A stretch of DNA of 63,747 nt, filler included, from Asterionella formosa (GCA_002256025.1; 10 parts of 10 records of this genome joined end to end with filler, not necessarily neighbours in it); one strand, 5' to 3'. Counted from the first letter of the whole stretch, positions 47,787 to 60,222 are shown. Made by a program: numbers and translations. The notes: generated by a model from the sequence alone, not told the origin.

Positions 47787-49013
47787 ATGGCTCCTACCGG
47801 TACTCTAGAACCCAATCAATGCGAAGTCGTCCTCATTGGATGCGGTGCTCCTCTTCGTGGCATGGGCTGGTATCATGCCGTCCAACTGCTTGGGAATGAA
47901 TGCCCTTCCGCCAAACTTTGCTATGTCGTGGAAGGCTGGTTTTTGGGTGCTGGTACGTGCTGCTGCCCGTAGCAATGCCTATCCTGTTCCGTCGACTGCT
48001 TGGAATGGCTGACACAGCTCTCTCTCTCTCTCCCTTTCGCACACTCGTTCACTCAAACACCAAATACAGGCGCCACAGGTCCCGGTGGGCCCGAGTTTGC
48101 GGAATTCCAAGCCTCGGCTTCTGCCAATCACGGGGTGGAATTCTTCCTGTCGACATCGGAGTTGCCTCCACCCCCGGAGGGGGTCAAGCGATTGGCCTTG
48201 ATTTCCGGTCGTACGGCGGACAATCCTCGATTGCTGGGTGAGGCCATCCGTGCTGGGTGTACCACCATTTATTTGGAAAAGCCTGGAGCACCCACGGTGG
48301 CAGAACTAGAAGCCATGAAGGCAGAAGCTGCCACAGCTGGTGTCGCTGTATTGATGGGATACAATAAGAATGTCTGCAAATTTGTCCGCATGGCACGTGA
48401 GGTGGCCGCCGTCACGGAGGGTGCACATGTCACGTTTGTTTCCAACAACACGTACGAGAACACACCTGAATCGTTGGGGGAGTGCTTTGAACGCAATGCC
48501 GAGGGTATGCTCAAGAATATGGCCATTCATGAATTGGCATTGTTGGTGTCCTTTTATGACGTCTCTGTGGATACCATTGCCTCAGTTAAAGCCGACAAGG
48601 ACTTTAGTTCCTGCCAAACATTGGTTGGGCCATCTGGTAAAGCATGGACGGACTTTGACAAGATCAAATTCACCATCACGACCACGACGGGCAAGGCAGT
48701 CAGCGTCCAAGCCGATCGATGCGGTGGTGATGTGTCATATGCCATGGTGTCTGTCGATGGAAAGGAAGTCTTTCGTCATTCCATGCCTGATGAAGACGAT
48801 TTGGCCAATGTGGCTGTCTTGGAAGCCAAGTATCCTGGTGCCATGCCTTACTTTTTCAGCCAAGATCCTGACTATGTGACTGTGAAGGAACGTGTAGCCA
48901 ACTTCTGTGCCAATGGTGTCCCTGCAGAAGGTGTGGCAACCATTGACATTGCGGTGGAAACTTTGAGAGTGGCTGAATACTTGACTCCACTTCTTCAAGA
49001 GCAACTTTTGTAG
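47787..49013 (+). CDS. Gfo/Idh/MocA-family NAD(P)-dependent oxidoreductase; exons 47787-47952 and 48070-49013
   Basis: VLIGCGAPLRGMGWYH Rossmann motif, YLEKP, MGYNK, NMAIHEL; in-frame 117-bp GT-AG intron. Confidence 0.9.
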
Positions 49014-49275
49014 ACTTTTTTTGTTTTACTATAAAAGAAGTGAGTACCGTATCAGTGGTTCTTCTGCACGAGCGAATCTATAGACCATGTGGAAGTGCAC
49101 AATAAATACATGAATGATGACTACCGGCAATAATAGTCACCTTTCTATGCATGCCAAATGATTTGTTGTGCATAGAATATCACAATATAGTGTCGCATAG
49201 TACTGGATTCCATTCGAAGCCACAAACATGCACTTATATAGTCAATATTGTACAACACATAACAATACCAACCTC

Positions 49276-50919
49276 TCATGTCTCACTCTTCTTTTCATCT
49301 GCTGGTGCAGCGTTTTGTATTCTTCGAATCAAATCACTTGTACTTAATCCCTTGGTCCGTGGCATAGGCCGTGCAATACCAATCTTTCGTACATATCCAT
49401 AATAAATATCATCCTTTGGATCTGGCCATCGTTCCAGATATTCTTCTCCATATGCCACAACATGAATTTGGTGTTTGTCCAAAAAGTCTTGTGTCAATCC
49501 AAAGCATGGTGCATTTGGAATGACCTTGGTCACTGCCTTGCATGCATTGACTTCAGCACATCGTTCTGCGTGTGACATGATGGGAGGTCGTTTGTATGCA
49601 GAAGCGTCTTGATCGCCCACGACGCCGACGAAGAGTCGGTTGCCAAAGGATAGAGCATTTTGAAAGAGCGTTTTGTGTCCAATGTGGCACAAGTCGTATA
49701 CTCCATCACAATATACATTGCGACATGTTGTCAAGAGTGGCATGTTGAGATAAGAACATAGGTCAGCAAAGACAGCAATGTAATAAGTCAGAACCAAGGT
49801 GAGGATGGTCGAATGTGACAAAACCGATGCCAAACTCATCAGTACCACCCATGGATGTATTTCTCGTCCTGACATTTTCGCCAGAGTCAAATCAGCCGTC
49901 AAAACTGCCATGAAGAATCCATCGCAAATGACGTCCAATATAGTAATTTCAAAGGACACCCCCAAGTGCAGGAGGATGGCAGGGACCAGTCTCATCAACA
50001 ACGAGGTGGTAATACCGAATCTGGACCATCCATGTGGTTGTTTCAACATCAATGACTTGAGAAGTGCAGTTGTGTACATGATGTAGTAGAATAGCACAAC
50101 AATCTCCAATCCCAAATTGGCAGGATCTTCATGGTACTTGTCCTGCACCCACCACGGCATAAGTCTGTGAAGCGATCGTTCATATACGGACAGCATCCAG
50201 TCCAACCCAAAGGTGGCTCTTACGACCAACAAAGTGACTGCTGTCATGAGTACTTCACCAGGCCCCGTGAGCACATTGTATCTCAAGCCCGCATGTCGAT
50301 CAAAGGCTGAGAGGTGCTTGACGAAGAGCACCAGTTGCGACCCTTGCACAGCGTACCACTGCAATTTGGGTGACGTGCCTCCCAGGCAGTAGGTCGTAAG
50401 AATGACAAGAAATACCGTGGACAGCGAATCGCACGAGTACTTGAAAAGGTCTCCCAGTGCCGTCCGCTGTCGGATGCGCTCAGCGTGGAATGGCTCCATG
50501 GAGTTCGTGGTGAAGAAGAAAACAATGTTGGCCACTGAAAACCAGGTCATTGCGACGGGGAACAGCTCCCCATACAAGTTGGTCATGTACCAGGCTTGTC
50601 CCAATGCAAGAAAGCCAGCCAGCGTGACGACGTTGGGGGCGACAGTTTCCGGAATCCAGTTGGAGAGCCACGACATGAGGGGACGGAAGACGGCGTGCGT
50701 AATGGAACGGTCCTTGATTTGTTCTTCCCAGCGGGCAAACGTTTGTTTCTCCGAAGGCGTGAGGAACAGCTCGAGCCAGCCTTCCGTCATTTGGGTGCCG
50801 ATGGGCTCGATCATCTTGCCTTCTTGCAATGGGTTTGTGTGTTGACTTGTTCGAAACCGAACATTTCCAGGAATACTGAATGGCCGGAACGAAGAGCGAT
50901 AGAACGATTTTCTCCTCAT
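49276..50919 (-). CDS. Fusion of a CDP-alcohol phosphotransferase-like membrane domain and a choline/ethanolamine-phosphate cytidylyltransferase; start uncertain (50814, 50919 or beyond the gap)
   Basis: IPETVAPNVVTLAG (CPT/EPT N-terminal motif); CDGVYDLCHIGH, YKRPPIM...ER, RTKGLSTSDLIRRI. Confidence 0.9.
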   Translation of the reverse strand: MRRKSFYRSSFRPFSIPGNVRFRTSQHTNPLQEGKMIEPIGTQMTEGWLELFLTPSEKQTFARWEEQIKDRSITHAVFRPLMSWLSNWIPETVAPNVVTLAGFLALGQAWYMTNLYGELFPVAMTWFSVANIVFFFTTNSMEPFHAERIRQRTALGDLFKYSCDSLSTVFLVILTTYCLGGTSPKLQWYAVQGSQLVLFVKHLSAFDRHAGLRYNVLTGPGEVLMTAVTLLVVRATFGLDWMLSVYERSLHRLMPWWVQDKYHEDPANLGLEIVVLFYYIMYTTALLKSLMLKQPHGWSRFGITTSLLMRLVPAILLHLGVSFEITILDVICDGFFMAVLTADLTLAKMSGREIHPWVVLMSLASVLSHSTILTLVLTYYIAVFADLCSYLNMPLLTTCRNVYCDGVYDLCHIGHKTLFQNALSFGNRLFVGVVGDQDASAYKRPPIMSHAERCAEVNACKAVTKVIPNAPCFGLTQDFLDKHQIHVVAYGEEYLERWPDPKDDIYYGYVRKIGIARPMPRTKGLSTSDLIRRIQNAAPADEKKSET

Positions 50920-51149
50920 CCGAACACGCCGACAAAAGGGCCCGGATGTGGCTGAGCGACGAGGACTGTTTCTCGCCTCGTGTGAACGCAGCTGCNNNNN
51001 NNNNNNNNNNNNNNNNNNNNNNNNNNNNNNNNNNNNNNNTTAATTAATTAANNNNNNNNNNNNNNNNNNNNNNNNNNNNNNNNNNNNNNNNNNNNAAAAT
51101 AGTCCAAGTAGAACACTTTGCATATTGTAACAAAAAGGCTTTGCTATCA

Positions 51150-53200
51150 GAAATGTCTACTGTAAATCATGTATTCCTGTCCTCCCTCATGCTCCTGTCT
51201 CCTACTTGTACATCTGATACTATACACCCAAATATTTTACATGGTGCAGAAAAGAAAACATATTGTTTTTCTATTAAAAGGTTTTTTTGTATTTACTGTA
51301 TGGTTGCAATTATGATCACCAAAAATACCCGAAGAATCCCTCACAAGTGCTAGTATATTATTATTTAGCGAAAATAATGTACAAAAGAAAGAAGTGCATT
51401 TGAAATGTTCAGCTGGAACATCTTAATATCATGTCATCAAAGCCTTGACCATGATGACAAAAAAGCAAATATCTACACGAAAATTGATAACAACAATGCT
51501 TTCCAATTTGGGCCGTATATCAAGCACAACATTAAAAATTCAATCGTAAAAGAATTATTCTAATTACACAAATATCAAGAATGAAAATTAAAGGCGCAGA
51601 GATGATTGAACATTATTTCATGTAGTTTATTGATGCACAATTCAAAACAATGATACTATGAACAGATTCGACACTTTCATAGTGACTGCGCAATCACTAC
51701 AATGACAACTAAAACAATAACATGATTAATTGTTGGAAAATATGTGAAACAAGCTATTTCTAACTGAGAATTGGTTCTTTGTATCAATGCTGCAAGCAAA
51801 AGGATGCATTGCCTGCCTTGGGTTTCTTGACAATGCACCTGTATGAGAGAAGGGAATTTTTTCGTCACACACCACCACCGAAATAGTGGTACATAAGAGC
51901 CGAAATAATGGTGTGTTGTGATATTAGTCTACACCACTCATCTTTTGTCTCATATTTTTGGCGAATTTGCTTGCTGTCAAAGAAAGAAGGAAGATTTGGT
52001 AACTTCCCATCAGAATGATTACTGTTATTCAGCACCCATTCCAAATATGGTTTATTCTAGACTATGTCACAAACCGTGGTTTGCATTTAACTTCTGGATT
52101 ATCCAAGTTAGGAGTGCTGGTAACTGTACAATCTCTACAGGAATGAAGTCTGTATTTCCCATTCCCTCCTCTAAAGCCACATATTTTGTTGTGTTCATAT
52201 GTATCACCAATTATCATTCCGATTTGAAAGTAAACCTTTATTTTACCCAATCCATGAAAAAACAATTCATAATACTTATTGGGATTGCGAAATGGTTCCA
52301 ATAAAAAGCATGCGGACCGATGATATTGGGTTAAACGTTAGTTGCTCAAATCTGATAGATATGAATTTTTTCCAAGTCGCTAACTTCTACGTCAGGTAAC
52401 AAAGACACCAAGTGCCATGCTTCCACCTTCTTACTGCATTCAATAGACAAATCGAGGATTGTTATTAGCATTGGATGATCAGAAATTTTTGCGTTTTTCC
52501 AATTGCGGATCAATCACTAAAAAGTATGATGCCCACAAATAGGTGGCCTTTTGAGTTTTCCATCCTCTTCTGAAGCTGTAGAGTCATTTAAAGCAGAATG
52601 ATACCATTCTGCAGAAGTTGCTTCATTGTATATGCGTTTCCCACAAGTTGTGAGTTTTTCTTGTGGTTAGTAGACAAAATGTTGCATGATATCAGGATCT
52701 CACAGCATGGAACCCAGTAAACCAACAGGATCAAAATAATGTAGGCACCAGAGTGCATAGCAGTTGAAATCCTGAATTAGGTTCACTCTGTAATTTTTTG
52801 CCAACAACTTTCCACCAATAAGAGACTGAGGAAAAGATGTATTCATATGTTTTTTAATGTCTGGTGTGATGGTGCACGATCCATTTTCTGGAAATGACCC
52901 AAATCGCAGGCCTTGAAAGCCCAATTCATCATATGATCAAAGAATGAAGGTGACAATTAATTTTTGTTGAGAAATAACTTAAGTTCCAACTTGATAGGAT
53001 CCATTGCTAATGTTTCCCTGCTGGGAATACTCAAATGATTTGGGAGGAGAGGAATATGTTTTCCTTGATCCAACAAAAATCTTCATTCATAGTTTTCAAC
53101 ATACTGTATCTTTTTCCTGAAATCGAATCAATGTGTATAGTCTCTTCTTCTTCCTCTATAGCGGCAAAATCCCACCCATCTGGGAATGACAGATTGACGG
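51150..53200 (-). mobile_element. Degenerate Plavaka-like transposase
   Basis: RIYNEATSAEWY (~52601-52637), AWHLVSLLP, MIIGDTYEHNKICG..CRDC....LDNP...C; many stops; limits approximate. Confidence 0.6.
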
Positions 53201-53298
53201 ATGGTTGCTGAAATCAGATCCAGTTCTACCGTTGATATCATGTTTAGAAAATGTTGCAGAACAAAATCGCCACGATGTTATGATCGCTGGATCTGTAG

Positions 53299-53874
53299 TA
53301 CCAGCATTCCCGTCTTCCCCCTGTTATCAGCGAGGAACATGACGTTTGCACTGTGAAACTCTACCTATTCCTACGTTGGTACCAGGGTACTATGAAACTG
53401 TAGATTTTCCCTAGTACCAGCATTCCCGTCTTCCCCTTCTTGTTTCAATACCCGGTAGGAACATGACGTTTGTACTGTGAAACTGAAGCTATTACTATGT
53501 TGGTACTGTGAAACTGTAGGTTTGCCCTACCAGCATTCCCGTTTTCCCCTTTTTACAATAGGAATATAACGTTGCTACTGTGAAACTATACCTAGTACTA
53601 ATAGATTGGTACTAGGAAACTGTAGGTTTGCCCTACCAGCATTCCCATCTTCCCCTTGTTTGAAAATCCGGTAGGAACATGAAGTTGCTACTGTGAAACT
53701 ATACCTATTACTAAGTTGGCTGGTACTGTGAAACTGTAGGTTTACCCTACCAGCATTCCCGTTTTCCCCTTGTTTCAATACCCGACCTGGTGCCTGGTAG
53801 GAAGATGACATTGCTACTGTGAAACTGTGCCTATTACTATGTTGGTACCATGAAAATGTAGCTTTGCCCTACCA
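53299..53874. repeat. Tandem array of five ~106-122 bp units
   Basis: taccagcattccc at 53299, 53415, 53528, 53634, 53748; each unit carries two ctgtgaaact-like submotifs. Confidence 0.92.
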
Positions 53875-54559
53875 ATCTAATGTCTATTACTGAGTATGTC
53901 GGTATGACATCGCTTACTGCTCCAGCACTAGACCATTAACTAATCCTATAGCTTACAGGCCATTATCCCTTTCTGCTTCCTTGTTCTGATACACTCACGT
54001 TTATCTTGACAGTTGCACGGCCGCTATCGATAGTGCAATATATCACTTGTTATCTGGAATGGCAAAGGTTCCAAGTGCTACAAGGAATGGGAAAAACTTG
54101 GATGTGAAGGGAATACCGATTGCAGATTGCTTGTTTATTCAGGAAAAACGTATTTCTATGGCGTATTTCATGTCTGTTCAATAGACAATGGAAGAGTAGC
54201 TGAGAAACGACTACTACTGGTTAGATACTTTGATCATGATGACCAAGGAAAGGAGAGACTAGATGACAGTTACCTGGATTTTGTTCTCAACAAATTCTAT
54301 GTGGTCCTGGAGTCTGGTTTGTTTTACAAAAAATTATTTGGAACTTCGAGGAAATTTCGGAATAATATAAGACCAGCAATTATTCTAGTATGGAAAACTC
54401 ACTTTCCTTGAGATTTTAGATTACATCAGAAAGACAACAATATACCACCAAATGCAGCATAAATAGACGATTTCTTATGTTTCATCACTGATTCATTAAG
54501 ACTTTTCAAAACAATTCTGAGAACAGATAACTTCCTTTATGTTATCGACGGAATTGAAC

Positions 54560-55274
54560 AAGAATGCATGTTTTTCCTCAATTTATCTTTCCTTCCAGAT
54601 GATTCTTTTGGAACAGAGGAAAACGACACTCCATTTTTCCAAGTGGCAAAATGTTTTTGTACTTCCTAGAAATTTTATAACCCTCCTATTGATTTGTTGA
54701 AACAAACATTCAAAACAACTGCAACATATAAAGCACTTGCAAATACCATGGAAGGAAAAGCCGACCCCCATGTGAGTGTTTCCTTTTAAGAATTATACTG
54801 AAAGCTTAAAATATTCAAAGCTGGATCTGCCAAATGTAAATTAATTTTGGAATATGATAAAGTGCTTGTTACTACCAGTTTCCGATGATGTCTCCGGCAA
54901 TAGTGACAGAGTTATACCACACACTGCCACTATGTTGTTCACCACTTCTGGAAAGAATGATGGCTACCCAAAACCTCAGAAACCACATCAAGATTATACA
55001 CCAACAGAATGCGTAAAGGGAAACACCTATGCCTTGGGGAATGATAATATCGTTGTCTTTAGGAGGGAACTGCTTAAATGTATGGGGTAATTGTGCAGAT
55101 GAGAAACATGCAATACATTTGTCCATACCATTCAAATTCATCTTTCTCATGCGTGGAGATATAATCCATGGAGGAGCTTTGGAGAATAGTAAAAAAGGTG
55201 TGTTATTGATTCATTTCTATTTGTTGCCAGCTATAAAGCAAAGAAATGGACACACTGTCACCAAACTGAAATGA
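54560..55274 (+). pseudogene. Frameshifted 2OG-Fe(II) dioxygenase-like gene
   Basis: QKPHQDY (HxD at 54986-54994), then after a 1-nt frameshift near 55020 PWGMIISL...FLMRGDIIHGG...IHFYL; 5' limit approximate. Confidence 0.55.
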
Positions 55275-56890
55275 CAAGATAACAACATACACACTGATGG
55301 ATCAATATGTGGTAGTAACCAGAACTTATTGTCGTTCTTATTGCAACTTGACGGAAGAGGGTGGTCTAATTTATGATCTAGTTTCACAATATATGCACAT
55401 ACCTCCAAATGTACTTTCAAAGTATACCTTCCATTCCTTACTACTTCTTGAAGATTGAAAATCAGTTCCTCTAGAAGAGGCTCCATATGTTTCAACAACC
55501 GGGTACCTGGTACCAAACTTGGTGGCTACACTGGTCCGGTCTGTACTGCGCTTGGGCGGTGCGCCGTACTAAGATATTAACAATATAAAGATTAACTGGC
55601 CGTGTATATGCCGTTGACCTGGTACTGAGCGACATCACGACTGCCAGGTTGTAAATACGACCGGGTACCTGTATACAGTTACATACATTCAGTATCGCTA
55701 CACAGCTTTGTGCACGGTGATAGTTGACTGGTGCTCTACATAGCTTTGATTAAACGGTAATAAGAGATTGCAGTGGAGGTTGAAGTTTTTGCATGACCAG
55801 GTAACAACCCAGGTACCGATACTGGAAGAACAATACATTCTGACATACCTATGCAATATTTTTTGCGTGACTTCAAGTTTGATCGTCGCGTGCCACTCCT
55901 TGTCGGCTGTAATTTTATTGAAGAATTATCTGTCGAAATAGGTCAATATAATTGGTCCTTTGAGTTTCTTCACTTATGACTATGTACTGTACGTTGTCGT
56001 AACGGTATGTATCCGTACAAAAAAAAGAACCCGTGCGTCTAATATATAGGTGGTTTCCTTGTCTACGATATGTACACGCCAATGATACTTTGGTGAACGC
56101 AGTACCAGGTGCAAAGGTATCCTGGTACCTTGTTCTCCGACACGAGGTCCTCATAATCTACCCGTAGTATAACCTACACAACAAATGAAGTCCACAGAAA
56201 TACGAAAGCAAGTACCGGAACTACTGGTCCCAGGTACCTGGTACTCCGTACCATGTATGCGAGTCCTAAATAAGATCAACTTGATTGTGATCGTTTGTCA
56301 ATGCAGAATCAAGGAAGATTGAACAATCAGGAATAGAGAATGGCAAATTAAATATTTTAGCGAGGCACAGTAATCATTCGCTCTTGTAAACATCCACATC
56401 GACAAGGTATGTCCTTCCATGTTGATATCGGCGGTTTGTTTCGCAAATAGTGTTTCATGAAGTCAATTACTGGTAATAATGATTGGTAGGCAGTTTATCA
56501 TGGCAGTACGTCGGATTTTCTCGTTGACGGTGTGAACGTCCTCGAAACGGTTGCATTGGGATAGCCAGACATCATCGACTCCGATTCCCTCCAGCGAATG
56601 TTAGTCGAATGAGTCGCTTGCTGAATTTTCAGACGTCTTGTCGGAATGGACACATTCTTATTTTGTGGTCACATGACGCACCTGTCACTATGGTGTCAGC
56701 TAGGATCGAGCTTCTGATTGGTGGACTATATTGAAGTTTTCCTTGTTGTTCTTTGGAAAGTCGACGTCAGGAGGTTTGCATACGTCGGTTTGGGATGATT
56801 TATCAGAAAGAAACAGTTTCTGTTTCCTTTTCACTCGACTTACAATTCTTTGTTTTGTTTGACTGTCAACAGTTGTCATTAGTATAAAGT

Positions 56891-57371
56891 ATGAGCTACA
56901 ATCCAAGCCTCGAAGAACAGGCTGCGGCATCTGTTGTTGCTGCACTGAGTGGCAAACGAGCCAGAGATGGCGCAGATGCCGCTGGGGGGTTTAATAATCC
57001 CAACAAGTTTGCTCGCGTTGCCCCAGCATTGATGCAGTTCCTGCCTCAGTTGCCAGAGCCCGCGAATTTGGCTCGAATTCCACTCCCTGGTGATAATGTT
57101 TCAGAATCTATGGATTCTGCTAACAACCACTTGCCAGAGCTGCAGGCTGCTCCTTACTACTACTACAAAGATTTTTCTCAAGATATGGATCCCGATCCCC
57201 TTACTCCCCTGACCCCTCCGGGACGAGTGCCCAACTTCCCGGCTAAGATGCATGCCATCCTTTCTCGTCCTGACCTTGCCGACGTTATTGCTTGGATGCC
57301 TCACGGAAGATCTTGGCGAGTGCTCAAGCCTCGTGAATTCGAGGTGAGAGTCTTGCCCACCTTCTTTGAGC
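56891..57371 (+). CDS. Heat-shock-factor-type transcription factor (5' part, cut by contig end)
   Basis: FPAKMHAILS......IAWMPHGRSWRVLKPREFE..VLP.FF start of an HSF DNA-binding domain. Confidence 0.92.
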
Positions 57372-57471
57372 NNNNNNNNNNNNNNNNNNNNNNNNNNNNN
57401 NNNNNNNNNNNNNNNTTAATTAATTAANNNNNNNNNNNNNNNNNNNNNNNNNNNNNNNNNNNNNNNNNNNN

Positions 57472-59129
57472 ATGATGTTCTGCTTGAGCTCCGGTGCATA
57501 AGGCACATCGGTGAGTTTCAAGTGTTTTCCTTCGTCAGTAGTCGTCAGGGTCACAGTACCAGAGACAGTTGATACTATCTCAGTTCCATTCCCTACCATG
57601 ACCGTTTCACTCACTTGTTTCTTGTCTTCCATCATGCGCACTTCCGTGCAGATGTGAACGGTAGCACTGCTGTTTAACAGCCAGCAATTTCTGACCACGT
57701 CACGAGCAAGGTTAACTTCCTTGTTGTAACTAATTTCGACGCATGTGGCGATGAACATTCCTTGCTGGGTAGATGTAGTCGTTGTGTTCTCTTCCCTTTT
57801 ATTATTTTTAGATGCACTGTTACTATTGCACTCACTTGCTTAGTGTCCCATGCGTTGGCACTTGAAACACTTGATCATTTTCCTCTTTTCTTTCTGCTCA
57901 GGAGTGAGCTCCTTCTTGTCGGCACTATTGCCCTTGCTGCCACAGTCAGCCGCCTTGTGGCCATACTTGGCACACTTACAACAGTCACCTTTGAAATTCC
58001 CTTTCATGTAGAAGGCCTGTTCACTCTTGTTCTTATTAGTCGTTTTGACGTCATCCCGGACATATAGATTGTAGTAGTCCCGGATGTCTGTCTTAATCTC
58101 TTCGAACGTTAGCGTGTTGCACGCCAGGCCGACGAACCTTCCTACTACCAAACTCTTGTAGCTTTCCAGTAGGTTGTTGATCATGTGTGCCACACAGGCA
58201 CCATCCAAAACGGCGGAGCTTGTATTGCCCAATCGTTCCCGGATACAATCCAACTCCACATACCAGCTGTCGGGGTTCTCATTTTCCCCTAGAGTGCACT
58301 TCGTCCATTGGTGGGACAAGGCAATGACATTCGCCATGTTGCCTGACTCATACATAGAAATGAGCTTTTCCCATGCTTCTTTAGCATTGCGTTAGGAAAC
58401 TCGGCACTTCTTGCATTATTTATGTGTCCGAATGGACCACTCTGGCATGCCATTATCAAACTTGCATAAGCAACTGTGTTGCTCCTTCAGATGTGTCTCT
58501 TGTCAGCATCCGACAACACAATCATATCACCCTTTAGGTCTTTCTCTCCTCTTGGTATTTCGTCATTGTTAAGTATTCCTTGAAAGTTCTTGTAGCACGC
58601 GTATGCAAGTAACTTCGATTTCCACATGTGCCATTTAGCATCTTGCCCATTGAATGTTGGCAACCTCATTGACGTGTCTTCGTCACTTCCCATCATTCCT
58701 GAGTAGCCTGTGGCCTTCAAAGCTACCGCTTTAAAGCATGTTAAAAGGTCTTGTACTCCTTCCCGTCTGACGGGTTCCTCTTATGTAGGTCTTACCTGTT
58801 GTACCACTAGTATTGTTATCTTCTTTCTGCTGCTAGCCTTTGTGCTAGTTTTCGCTATTGATCTTCTCACTCTGTCAATCCTCATCCGTTTTTTTTAATT
58901 ATAAGCTTAAACTAAAACTAAGTTTCAATCCCATTCATTACACTTCGAGAACCTGTTCTTCGTGTTCCCTTTTCGTTGATATAAACCTTCTTCTGATTGA
59001 TCTAAGACATCAATCTCGTTAGCAAGCTTCTTGACATGGGAACGCATCGTTTGACTCATTGGACTATAGTCGAGTCCACAGTCCCTGTGACTCATTATAC
59101 CGGTAGCCATTGATGCAATATTCTTGACA
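57472..59129 (-). mobile_element. Decayed copy of the same Copia family as 17716-19087: LTR 59129-58739, gag, aspartic protease
   Basis: Collinear with copy 1; stops and frameshifts; protease WLLNSSATVHI (canonical D-S-G lost). Confidence 0.92.
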
Positions 59130-59283
59130 TACTTTGTACTTTCATCAAGTTTAGATTGTTGTCTTACATACCAGTAACTATTTTTAGTTGGAAGGTAGAG
59201 TAAAATAACGGTGGCTTACAGTTTTTAAGTTGTACCCGGTAGCAGAACCATTATTGGTTGATCATCTATGACGAGCGAACAGA

Positions 59284-60222
59284 ATGTTTTCATTCCTGTT
59301 TTGCCTCCATAGTACTGCAAACAACTTGGCAACACCGACGTTGTCAACCCACCAAGAAAAGGTTTCTGTTTGGGACAACGTTCTGACTGAGCCAGCTCGA
59401 AATGCGCTTCATGGGGTTGCCAAGGCATCTGGACTCGGACATCACGTCTTTCAACGGTCAATTGGAGCTTCCAACTTGATAGAACAAACGCTGGACGCGA
59501 TTCTGACGGAAATTGGGGATCCGACAAGGCAATTTGTCGAGTATTGGTCCAGACAGGAATGGCGACATATAGAAGCACATGCCGATGTAGACGAGAATTT
59601 GGCCAAAGAGCAAGATCGAGCAAATGGAGGACGAGCAACGGAAGCCTTCCGCTATCCTGACAAGGGGCATGTTCTTTACCTAAAGATTGGAACTGATGTC
59701 CGGGGTCCCACCTGTGTATTTACTAATCAAACAACTGGTGGTGAACTCTCGAGGGGAGATGTGGAACTGGTGACTGTTCCCGCGGTTGGAGGGAGACTGT
59801 TAAGATTTGAAGGGAATTTCCTTCATGCTGTGCCACGACCAACTGATATTTGGTTTCTTCCATTTGTACAAGGAGGACCCGAGTTTTTGCCTGAAGAGAC
59901 TTATGGTCGCAGTGTTATTCTGTTCAATACATGGTCTGAGGAGCCGCCGAAGGATGTAGTAGTAGTTTCTGGGACCTGTGAAACAAGTGGGATGGAATTT
60001 CCATATGAGATATGTAACAGTAAACATACTTGGAAACCACAAAAAATCATCGAACTTGAAAGCGAGACAAAAGAACAGGCATTATCTGCTAAGGTCTGGT
60101 TGCTCGGCAATGAGCGACGGCGAGATTCTCGTATGAGAACGGTGAGCTTGGTTGCTTCTGTCGTCACCAAAGAAGCTCTATACGAAGCTTCTATCCCACG
60201 GAAATCATATCTTGGTAGATGA
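59284..60222 (+). CDS. Putative 2OG-Fe(II) oxygenase-superfamily protein
   Basis: EYW....IEAHADVDE (HxD), VLYL, GPT, P..GRLLRFEG..LHAV, RSVILFNTW. Confidence 0.75.
   Translation: MFSFLFCLHSTANNLATPTLSTHQEKVSVWDNVLTEPARNALHGVAKASGLGHHVFQRSIGASNLIEQTLDAILTEIGDPTRQFVEYWSRQEWRHIEAHADVDENLAKEQDRANGGRATEAFRYPDKGHVLYLKIGTDVRGPTCVFTNQTTGGELSRGDVELVTVPAVGGRLLRFEGNFLHAVPRPTDIWFLPFVQGGPEFLPEETYGRSVILFNTWSEEPPKDVVVVSGTCETSGMEFPYEICNSKHTWKPQKIIELESETKEQALSAKVWLLGNERRRDSRMRTVSLVASVVTKEALYEASIPRKSYLGR

Noticed and set aside
53299..53874. CRISPR-like array
   Set aside because: The sequence between conserved motifs is itself homologous between units; no unique spacers, no cas genes, eukaryotic context
17716..59129. 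Inverted Copia copies (and the 35-37 kb / 45.7-47 kb pair) as ends of one large composite element
   Set aside because: They lie on separate unlinked contigs
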